Source: an uncultured Myxococcales bacterium
Lineage (GTDB): Bacteria > Myxococcota > UBA4151
Direction of reading: 5' to 3'
Length of the DNA stretch: 14,422 bases
NCBI GenBank assembly: GCA_964013405.1
Contig: CAXGWI010000093.1
Span: forward strand, 1 to 14,422
In this document: one piece after another, positions 1 to 7,144 of the stretch
Layout: each line of letters opens with the position of its first letter
How positions within the stretch are numbered: position 1 is the first letter of the stretch
The notes under the pieces: model-generated
Databases searched by the model: none
What the model saw: the letters and a program-made list of their open reading frames with translations, nothing else
Told to the model about the DNA's origin: nothing
Program-made: the position numbers and the translations under genes

Positions 1-714
1 CTTTTGGTGGCGCCGTTGCAGGGAGCACTCCCGTTCGCCCAGATGCACCACAGAGCCCTGGCTGTCGGCGAAGATCTGGAACTCCACGTGTTTCGGCTCC
101 AGGACCGCTTTTTCTAAGATCAGGCTGCCGTCGCCAAAGGCGGCAGCCGCCTCCCGCCGGGCCGTCTGTAGAGCACCTCCAACGTCCGCAAGATCGTGAA
201 CGAGCCGCATGCCCTTGCCGCCACCGCCCATGGAGGCTTTGACCATGAGCGGGAAGCCTATGCGTTCCGCTTCTTTCAAGAGCTGCTCGTCACTTTGGTC
301 TTCGCCGTCGTAACCGGGCACACACGGCACCCCCCTTTTTGCCACAGCGAGGCGGGCTGCCCGTTTGTCGCCCATGAGGCGAATGGCTTCAGGTGAGGGC
401 CCGATCCAAGTCAAGCCAGCCTGCTCGCAACGTTCCGGTAAGTCTGGGTTCTCGGAGAAGAAACCATAGCCAGGGTGAATGGCATCGGCGCCGCTCTGTT
501 GGGCTGCGGCGATAAGCTTATCCAAGTTGAGGTAGGATTCGCTGGCTTCGGCAGCCCCGAGACAGATGGCGCTGTCCGCTTGGTGGACGTGGGGAGCATC
601 GGCGTCCACCTCGCTGTAGACGGCCACGGAGCGTAGACCCAGCGATCGAACGCTGCGTAGGATCCGGCAGGCGATCTCCCCCCGATTGGCGATGAGGACG
701 GTGCGGATGGTCAT
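1..714 (-). CDS. atuF: Biotin carboxylase (alpha) subunit of an acyl-CoA carboxylase, geranyl-CoA carboxylase AtuF-like (MCC-alpha family); 3' end runs off the window
   Basis: Not in the ORF track. Manual translation from ATG at 714 gives MTIRTVLIANRGEIACRILRS...ADAIHPGYGFFSEN...WIGPSPEAIRLMGDK...GFPLMVKASMGGGGKGMR...HVEFQIFAD...GERECSLQRRHQK, which are canonical biotin carboxylase motifs. The ATG overlaps the upstream TGA (ATGA, 711-714). The atuF symbol rests on gene order. Confidence 0.9.
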   Translation of the reverse strand, partial: MTIRTVLIANRGEIACRILRSVRSLGLRSVAVYSEVDADAPHVHQADSAICLGAAEASESYLNLDKLIAAAQQSGADAIHPGYGFFSENPDLPERCEQAGLTWIGPSPEAIRLMGDKRAARLAVAKRGVPCVPGYDGEDQSDEQLLKEAERIGFPLMVKASMGGGGKGMRLVHDLADVGGALQTARREAAAAFGDGSLILEKAVLEPKHVEFQIFADSQGSVVHLGERECSLQRRHQK

Positions 715-1601
715 GAAGGCTCTCTTTCAGCGCTGGGCTCGCCGTATTCGATGTGGCCCCAGGCTTGGCGCCAAGGCGCGGGCTGTTTGGTGACAAAAGC
801 CATCATGCCGGCCATGCCTTCGCCCTCCCGAGCGGCATGGGCGAAGCCCAGGGCAGCCTGATCGAGAACTTGGCTAAGGGGCGCCTCACCCACGGAGAGG
901 ATGAGTTGCTTGGTCGCCGCCCGGGCTTCAGGGGCGCATTTGGACAGGTAGGTGAGGGTTTGAGTGAGCTGGGCTTGCAAGCTCGTCTCATCCTCGAAAA
1001 TGTCGTGAACCAGACCGTAGCGAAGGGCCGTCCGGCCATCAAAGCGGGCCCCGGTCAGGGCCAAGTGGCGTGCCCGAGCGGCACCGAGGCGAGTGACCAC
1101 AAAGGGTGCGATCTGAGCCGGGGTCAGACCTAAAGTGACTTCGGGCAGGGCGAAGCGAGCCTCTGGATGGGCCAAGGCGATGTCTGAGACGCAGGCCAAG
1201 CCAAAGCCGCCGCCCATCACGGTGCCCTCAAGGACGGCGATGACCACCTGAGGCGCATGCTGGATCTCCTGCAACATGGCGCCGAATTGGCGGTTCGCCT
1301 GGGCGAGGGGGTTGTTGGCGAGCGCCTCCGTTCCATCGGGCTCGGCGCTGATCTCAGTGGATGCTGAACTGTCGGTGGGTTGGCTGAGGATGTTTCGCAT
1401 GTCCTTAACATCACCACCGGCGCAGAAGTGACCGCCGGCTCCCCGCAACACCACCGCTTGGACGCTCTTGTCCTGTGCCAGCTCCCTGAAGACCTGCCGC
1501 AGCTCTTCGACCATCTCGAAACTCATGGCATTGCGCACTTCAGGCCGATTCAGCCGAAGTTCAAGCCACTGGTCGTGGGGAATCCGTTCCAGGGTCTGCA
1601 T
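711..1601 (-). CDS. atuE: Enoyl-CoA hydratase/isomerase (crotonase) family, isohexenylglutaconyl-CoA hydratase AtuE-like, 296 aa
   Basis: Motifs LNRPEVRNAM, FCAGGD, GGGFGLAC, FALPEVTLG. Start reassigned to ATG at 1601 (MQTLERIP), which follows an AAGGGAG Shine-Dalgarno just after the upstream stop. The track's 1706 start overlaps the dehydrogenase gene. Confidence 0.88.
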   Translation of the reverse strand: MQTLERIPHDQWLELRLNRPEVRNAMSFEMVEELRQVFRELAQDKSVQAVVLRGAGGHFCAGGDVKDMRNILSQPTDSSASTEISAEPDGTEALANNPLAQANRQFGAMLQEIQHAPQVVIAVLEGTVMGGGFGLACVSDIALAHPEARFALPEVTLGLTPAQIAPFVVTRLGAARARHLALTGARFDGRTALRYGLVHDIFEDETSLQAQLTQTLTYLSKCAPEARAATKQLILSVGEAPLSQVLDQAALGFAHAAREGEGMAGMMAFVTKQPAPWRQAWGHIEYGEPSAEREPS

Positions 1602-1611
1602 GGGGTCTCCC

Positions 1612-2808
1612 TTACTGAGCGACGGCCGCCTTGGCGGCTTTCTTCTTGGAGGGGAGATTGCCTTCGAGCTTGGCGATGATGCCCAGCATGATTTCGTCGG
1701 CGCCACCGCCGATGCCGATCAAGCGAGTGTCTCTAAACATCCGATTGATGCGCGTTTCAAACATGTAGCCCATGCCGCCATGGAACTGCAGGCACCAGTC
1801 GAGGACTTCTCGGCTGAGCCGCCCCGACTTGAACTTCGCCATGGAGGCGAGCCGGACCACTTCGAGATCCATGGCGCCGCGCTTGCCGTGGAGCTCAGCG
1901 GCTCGATAGGTCAGGGCCTTGAGGGCCTGGATCTCGGTGCTCAACTCGCTCATCTTGAAGTGGATGTATTGGTTGTCCATGAGGCACTGACCGAAGGTTT
2001 GGCGCTCCCGGAGGTATTCGGTGGTGACCTTCATGGCCTCTTCGAGACCTGAGACTGTGTTGGCCGCGCCCCAGATCCGCTCGTCTTGAAATTGGGCCAT
2101 CTGCTGCATGAAGCCGAGCCCTTCCATCGGTCCGATGAGATGACTCTGAGGAACTCGTACATCGTCGAAGAAGATCAGGGCCGTGTCCGAGGCCCGCATG
2201 CCCATCTTGTCGAGCTTCTGTTCCACATGCACGCCGGGGGCATCCATGGGCACGATGATGAGGGATTTGTTCTCGTGGGGCTTGCCCTCACTGGTGTTCG
2301 CCAGCATGCACATCCAGTCAGCCTGTGTCCCATTGGTGATCCACATTTTCTCACCGTTGATGACGTAGTCATCCCCGTCTTTGCGCGCCGTGGTTTTGAG
2401 GGCTGCCACATCGGAGCCGCCTCCGGACTCACTGACACCAATGCAGCCCACCAGCTCGCCGGCGATGGAGGGTGCCAAGTAGTTTCGCTTCAGTTCATCA
2501 CTGCCGTAGTTCGCCAGGGCGGGGGTGCACATGTCCGTCTGCACGCCGATGGCCAGCGCGACGCCTGCGCTCAGGGATTTGCCCAGCGCTTCGGCCATGA
2601 CGATGTTGTAGGAGATATCGAGGCCTAGTCCGCCATAGGCCGGATCCCGGGTGATGCCGAGGGCGCCGATATCACCGAGCTTTTTGAAGAGCTCGTGGGC
2701 TGGAAAGGCTCCTGCCTCCTCCCATTCATCGGCATAGGGGTTAATCTCCCGCTCGATGAATCCTTCAAGGGTGCGTCGAAGTTCGTCGTGTTCCGCTGTA
2801 AATTCCAT
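1612..2808 (-). CDS. atuD: Acyl-CoA dehydrogenase, citronellyl-CoA dehydrogenase AtuD-like, 398 aa
   Basis: ACAD motifs CIGVSESGGGSD, YVINGEKMWITNG, KMGMRASDT, RQTFG, QFHGGMGY, IGGGADEIM. The segments IGVQTDMCTPALA and LANTSEGKPHENKSLI resemble AtuD as I recall it. AAGAGG SD at 2813-2818. Confidence 0.9.
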   Translation of the reverse strand: MEFTAEHDELRRTLEGFIEREINPYADEWEEAGAFPAHELFKKLGDIGALGITRDPAYGGLGLDISYNIVMAEALGKSLSAGVALAIGVQTDMCTPALANYGSDELKRNYLAPSIAGELVGCIGVSESGGGSDVAALKTTARKDGDDYVINGEKMWITNGTQADWMCMLANTSEGKPHENKSLIIVPMDAPGVHVEQKLDKMGMRASDTALIFFDDVRVPQSHLIGPMEGLGFMQQMAQFQDERIWGAANTVSGLEEAMKVTTEYLRERQTFGQCLMDNQYIHFKMSELSTEIQALKALTYRAAELHGKRGAMDLEVVRLASMAKFKSGRLSREVLDWCLQFHGGMGYMFETRINRMFRDTRLIGIGGGADEIMLGIIAKLEGNLPSKKKAAKAAVAQ

Positions 2809-2880
2809 GTTGCCTCTTGTTGTGCATTGATGTCCGCCCGAGCTGAACTGGGCGGCGGTTTCGTAGGGGGGTCTTCGTCG

Positions 2881-4506
2881 CTACATCCGGGCAACGCCGA
2901 ATAGATTCGGACGAAGTTCGATGTCCTCAGCCTCTCGACAGATCGCCAGCAGCTCGCCCAGGAGCCGGCGACTGTCCCGGGGGTCGATGATGCCATCATC
3001 CCAGAGCCGGGCGGTGGCAAAGAGGGCGGAGGATTCGCTGTCGATCTGATCGATGAGGGGCTGGGCGAAGGCCTGAAGTTGTTCTTCGACTTGCTCGGTG
3101 ATCGGCATGCCTCGGCGGGCGAAGTTTGCCCGGGTGATGATCTTCATCACCTCACCAGCTTGCTGTCCGCCCATGACCGAGAGGCGGTTGTTGGGCCAGG
3201 CGAAGATGAAGCGGGGGTCATAGGCCCGCCCACACATGGCATAGTGCCCGGCGCCAAAGGCGCCGCCGATGAGGAAGGTGATCTTCGGGACGGTGGCATT
3301 CGCCACGGCCTGAATCATCTTTGCACCGTGTTTGACCATGCCGGCCTTCTCCACGTCCTTGCCGACCATGAAGCCGGTGGTGTTTTGCAGGAAGAGGAGG
3401 GGGGTGTTTGACTGACAGCACAGTTGAATGAACTGAGCGGTTTTGACCGAACCTTCGGGCAGGATGGGGCCTTGATTCGCCAAGATACCCACCGCTTGGC
3501 CGTAGACTTCGGCGTGACCGGCGACGATCTCAGAGCCATAGCCTGGTTTGAACTCCAGAAAGTTGGAATCATCGACCAAGCGGGCGATCACCTCCCGGGC
3601 ATCATAGGGCTGGCGATAATCCACGGGCACCACGCCACAGAGCTCATCGGGGCTGTAGCGGGGGGGACGGGATTCCACCAAACCTGGCTTCTCGTTGCCC
3701 CCATGCCAATGCAGCGAGGCGACCACGCGGCGGGCGATCAAGATCGCTTCTTCATCGTTGCGGGCCATGTACTCGTTGAGGCCGGTTTCGCCGTAATGCA
3801 TTTCGGCGCCACCCAGCTCCTCATCGCTGGAAACTTCGCCCGTGGCGGCTTGGACCAGGGGCGGACCGGCGAGAAAGACTTTCGCTCGGTCTTTCACCAT
3901 GATGACGTAGTCTGAGAGGCCTGGAACATAGGCTCCGCCGGCGGTGGAGGAGCCGTGGACCACGGTGACTTGGGGGATACCCGCTGCCGAGAGTTTTGCT
4001 TGATTGGCGAAGGTTCGACCCCCTTCGACAAAGAGCTCTGATTGGTACTGGAGGTTCGCGCCGGCGCTCTCGGCGAGGGTGACCATTGGAAGGCGGTTCT
4101 CCAGGGCGATCTCTTGAGCGCGTAGGGCCTTTTGCACACCCATGGGGGAGATGGCGCCGCCCTTGATGGCCGAGTTGTGGGCGTAGACCAAGACCCGCAC
4201 GCCGCTGACCCAACCGATGACCATCAGGCTGTTGCCGCCTTGGATATGTCCTTTGCCGTCATCGTCGTGCATGCCGAGCCCAGCAAGGGCGCAGAGCTCG
4301 ATGACGGGCCGGCCCCGATCGAGGAGCAGCGCAACCCGGTCCCGGGGCAGGAGTTGTCCTCGCTTCTCGAACTTCTCCCGCTTCTTTTCCGAGAGGGTCG
4401 TGACCTTGGCTTCTAGGTTTCTGACGCCTTCAAGGAGCGCAAGCATCTCCTCACGGTGGCTCTGAAAGGTAGCGCTCCTGGGGTTCACGTCCGATTCGAT
4501 CTGCAT
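2881..4506 (-). CDS. atuC: Acyl-CoA carboxylase carboxyltransferase (beta) subunit, geranyl-CoA carboxylase AtuC-like, 541 aa
   Basis: Motifs RGQLLPRDRVALLLD, ESAGANL, HGSSTAGGAYVPGLSD, FLAGPPLV, EELGGAEMH, GAFGAGHYAMCGR, LWDDGIIDPRD, FGVARM. Start reassigned to ATG at 4506 (MQIESDVNPRS), which gives the typical size. The track's extension to 4992 overlaps the next gene. Confidence 0.9.
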   Translation of the reverse strand: MQIESDVNPRSATFQSHREEMLALLEGVRNLEAKVTTLSEKKREKFEKRGQLLPRDRVALLLDRGRPVIELCALAGLGMHDDDGKGHIQGGNSLMVIGWVSGVRVLVYAHNSAIKGGAISPMGVQKALRAQEIALENRLPMVTLAESAGANLQYQSELFVEGGRTFANQAKLSAAGIPQVTVVHGSSTAGGAYVPGLSDYVIMVKDRAKVFLAGPPLVQAATGEVSSDEELGGAEMHYGETGLNEYMARNDEEAILIARRVVASLHWHGGNEKPGLVESRPPRYSPDELCGVVPVDYRQPYDAREVIARLVDDSNFLEFKPGYGSEIVAGHAEVYGQAVGILANQGPILPEGSVKTAQFIQLCCQSNTPLLFLQNTTGFMVGKDVEKAGMVKHGAKMIQAVANATVPKITFLIGGAFGAGHYAMCGRAYDPRFIFAWPNNRLSVMGGQQAGEVMKIITRANFARRGMPITEQVEEQLQAFAQPLIDQIDSESSALFATARLWDDGIIDPRDSRRLLGELLAICREAEDIELRPNLFGVARM

Positions 4507-4530
4507 AATGGGAGCCCTTAACCTACTCGA

Positions 4531-4563
4531 CAGTCTATTATTAAGGACTGGCCGGAAAGTATA
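4531..4563 (-). promoter_or_regulatory. Candidate promoter/operator upstream of the atuC-like gene
   Basis: AT-rich patch in GC-rich DNA. Imperfect inverted repeat CAGTC-tattattaag-GACTG (4531-4550) and a -10-like TATACT on the minus strand (4558-4563). No convincing -35. Confidence 0.35.
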
Positions 4564-4660
4564 GTAGGAGTTGAGGGGTGTGTGTTGCGTGCTCGGGAAT
4601 GAGACCGAAGGGAGCGTTAGGCCTTCGTTTGCAGCCCCCATGGTGGCATCCTGAAGGGCT

Positions 4661-6190
4661 TCAGGGGCAAGGCCGGCCGTCGTCAGCCACAAGGGAGCCG
4701 TCAACATCGCAAAAGCAGTCACCGACCGAAGCCCCGAGCTGATGGCTGTCGTCCTCGCGGCTGCAGGCGAAATGGGGGCGCAATGGCAGCGACTCTTGCG
4801 CCAAGCCCGCATCGGCGAAACGAAGCCATTGGTCACCGAGGAGGATGGGGGAACTGAGCCGTAGGCGATAAGTCTCCGCAAGGCGGGCCACAGGCACATC
4901 ATCGAGCTCAAACACGACGCTTCGCTCCGCGCCCGGTTGGAGCGTCTGAAGATCCGTTGCCAGCCTCCAGTTGTTCTCGGAACCATCCTCAAGATGGAGG
5001 CTCAGTGGGTAGTAAAAGGGCGCGACACCTGTGTTGCGCAGGACGATGGTAAAGCGAAGATCCACGGTGCCCCTGTGCAATCCGGAAGCTGCCACCTCCA
5101 TCCGGGGCACCGAGTACTCGTAACCCATGGCAAGGGCTGCAGCTCGGGCAGCCTCAAGCTGGGCCCCTTCGTAACCACCGTCGGGGCGAAACACCCCGTG
5201 GTTGATCATCCAGGAGGCGTGGGTCTCTTCGATGCAGCGCAGGAGATCTTGGCTATAGGTGTCCACAACATAGTCTTCGGTAAAGAGGCTGCGCTGTAAC
5301 TCAGGGTAGATTTCACCGCCGATGGGCACCTCACGCCAGCGTTCTTCTGCGCCCGCTGCCACCAGCTTGGGATGGAAGAACCAGGGCACCTCGCCGAGGG
5401 TGGCATACGCGAAGGAGTCATCATGAAAGCCGATGTTTCTTTGGGGCGCGTCATGGATCGGATAACGCAAGAGGATATGGGTCTCGTTGAAGGCCTCATC
5501 GAAGGCATTGATGACCTCTTGCTGGAAGGCACCTGATGCAAAGAAATCGCCGTGGGGGTAGGTATGCCATTCGCCCCAAAAGCCGAGCAAGCCGAGTTGG
5601 ACGAAACCGAGGCGGGGGTCGCCGTCGTAGCGAGCACCGAGGGCGGCGATGAATTCCAGAAGGACCGATTGGAGTCGGGGGTTGTCGTAGTCCGGGCTGC
5701 AACCGCCCCCGTATTCTTCGTAAGGATTGCAATCGACGGTCTCACTGAGCCAGCCGGGCACAGCGGTTTCGCGCCCCGGGTAGTCCAAATAGAAGCGTAG
5801 GATCATGTGATTATTGCGGGCTGCTGAAGCCTCGAGAAAGGGTTCGAGGACCGAGTCGAAGGCCGGGCCCTCGGCCGTGGGCATGATCTGGGCAAAGGGG
5901 AGGTAGAGAAACTCCAGGCGATGGGGAACCCGCTGGTCCGGTGTCGTCCATTGGTAACTGGTGAAGAAGCCCTTGAGCGGATTGCCGGCGGTGACGCTCC
6001 GGTCATAGACACCCGTTCGACTCCATGTGCCGCTTGCGCTCGATGGTGTGCTCGGTCCAGGGCCCCTGGGTCCTGGCGGATCGCCAGGGTTATCGGGAAT
6101 TTTGGGGGCTGTGGGTGGCTCCGGCCCCGGGGCACAAGCGAGCAAAGAGCCAGCAGCCATCGAAGCGCAAAGCAGCCTGGGGAAGCGCAT
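4661..6190 (-). CDS. Lipoprotein, DUF4832-type putative glycoside hydrolase (TIM barrel plus C-terminal beta-sandwich), 509 aa
   Basis: Start reassigned to ATG at 6190: MRFPRLLCASMAAGSLLA-C lipobox followed by a Pro-rich linker. Motifs NPLKGF, ILRFYLDYPG, PDYDNP, GARYDGDPRLGFVQLGLLGFWGEWH, GFHDDSF, PIGGE, MGY and NTGVAPFYY are typical of DUF4832-containing proteins. Confidence 0.78.
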   Translation of the reverse strand: MRFPRLLCASMAAGSLLACAPGPEPPTAPKIPDNPGDPPGPRGPGPSTPSSASGTWSRTGVYDRSVTAGNPLKGFFTSYQWTTPDQRVPHRLEFLYLPFAQIMPTAEGPAFDSVLEPFLEASAARNNHMILRFYLDYPGRETAVPGWLSETVDCNPYEEYGGGCSPDYDNPRLQSVLLEFIAALGARYDGDPRLGFVQLGLLGFWGEWHTYPHGDFFASGAFQQEVINAFDEAFNETHILLRYPIHDAPQRNIGFHDDSFAYATLGEVPWFFHPKLVAAGAEERWREVPIGGEIYPELQRSLFTEDYVVDTYSQDLLRCIEETHASWMINHGVFRPDGGYEGAQLEAARAAALAMGYEYSVPRMEVAASGLHRGTVDLRFTIVLRNTGVAPFYYPLSLHLEDGSENNWRLATDLQTLQPGAERSVVFELDDVPVARLAETYRLRLSSPILLGDQWLRFADAGLAQESLPLRPHFACSREDDSHQLGASVGDCFCDVDGSLVADDGRPCP

Positions 6191-6334
6191 CGTGATCCAA
6201 TCGATCGGTGGGTCAAGGACCGAAGGGCAAGAAGAGGTCTGGCACGCCGGCCCCGGGAGTGTTCCTGATCTGTCCGTGGAGGTCAAAGCGGGCCCGGCTT
6301 GTGATCGGTTACCATTTGGGGGCAAAGACTGCCC

Positions 6335-7012
6335 ATGAGACTCATCCTTTCATTGGCGCTCATCGCCACCGGTTGTGCCGACATCACGCCCATCGAGGAT
6401 GGCAAGCGTTACGGTCCTGTGGTGACCCTACAAGATTGGTTTACCAGCTGCTTCCTGCTCGAAAGCGGTGACGCTGTGGTCCTTTTTGACAGCTGCTGGC
6501 GGGAGGGGACGCTGAAGTCGGCCCTGGCTTCCCAGGGGCGGGGGCCTGAGGAGGTGACCCATGTCCTGATGACCCACGGTCATGCGGATCATGCGGGGGG
6601 GCTTGGGCTCCTGTCCCAGGCGAAGGTCATGGGTCGAGTCCCAGAGCAGGGGAACTTGACCGAGCATGCCGGTGATGCGGGGGCCATCGACGAAGCCATC
6701 GAGGAAGGGCAGGTCCTCGCGTTTGGCGACCATGAAGTGCACGTCATCGCGGCGCCGGGGCACACCCCTGGCACCACGGTATATTGGGTGGATGGCGTCG
6801 TCATCCTCGGCGATGCCGCCATCGCCACCGGTGCCGGCGCGATCGAGCCTGCCCCTGAGGATCGGTCCGAGGACCCGGCCGCGGCCGAATCGGTGCTGAA
6901 GGGTTTGGCCGCTCGGCTTGAAGCCCTCGAGCTTCGGGTAGACTGGTTGGTACCAGCCCATAGCGGTGGCGTTGAAGGACTGGCCCCCTTACGGGATTTT
7001 GCTCAAGAATAG
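6335..7012 (+). CDS. Lipoprotein, metallo-beta-lactamase-fold hydrolase, 225 aa
   Basis: MRLILSLALIATG-C lipobox. Complete metal-binding set: LFD, THGHADH (HxHxDH), PGHTPG, GDA, PAH. Confidence 0.88.
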   Translation: MRLILSLALIATGCADITPIEDGKRYGPVVTLQDWFTSCFLLESGDAVVLFDSCWREGTLKSALASQGRGPEEVTHVLMTHGHADHAGGLGLLSQAKVMGRVPEQGNLTEHAGDAGAIDEAIEEGQVLAFGDHEVHVIAAPGHTPGTTVYWVDGVVILGDAAIATGAGAIEPAPEDRSEDPAAAESVLKGLAARLEALELRVDWLVPAHSGGVEGLAPLRDFAQE

Positions 7013-7144
7013 GGCCCGACAGAGCTCAGGACCTAGGTCTCGCCCTGGAGCCTCTTTAGCTGATTGCAGTTGGCTTGAGGTTCGCTGATGCTTGGGCCAA
7101 ACTATCGCCTCCAGGGGACCGTCTCCCCTTGAGAGTCATGGGCG

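Noticed and set aside
1602..1706. N-terminal extension of the hydratase ORF
   Set aside because: Overlaps the dehydrogenase C-terminus, and a good SD precedes ATG 1601.
196..4465. Plus-strand ORFs opposite the atu-like operon (e.g. 1468-2052, 2086-2628, 3424-3915)
   Set aside because: Antisense shadows expected in high-GC coding DNA and fully overlapping well-supported genes.
4606..4665. Hairpins CGAAGG/CCTTCG (4606-4627) and CCTGAAG/CTTCAGG (4650-4665) as terminators of the hydrolase gene
   Set aside because: Short stems with no U-tract on the minus strand, so too weak to call.
4507..4992. 162-aa N-terminal extension of the carboxyltransferase ORF (track start 4992)
   Set aside because: Overlaps the 3' end of the DUF4832-type gene in another frame and spans the AT-rich intergenic region. 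Family similarity begins at MQIESDVNP (4506).
6239..6256. Possible sigma-54 promoter (CTGGCAC) in the divergent intergenic region
   Set aside because: The -24 element is present, but the -12 TTGC is missing (CCCC at that position).
6191..6325. N-terminal extension of the DUF4832-type ORF
   Set aside because: It would bury the lipoprotein signal and remove the divergent promoter region. ATG 6190 fits better.
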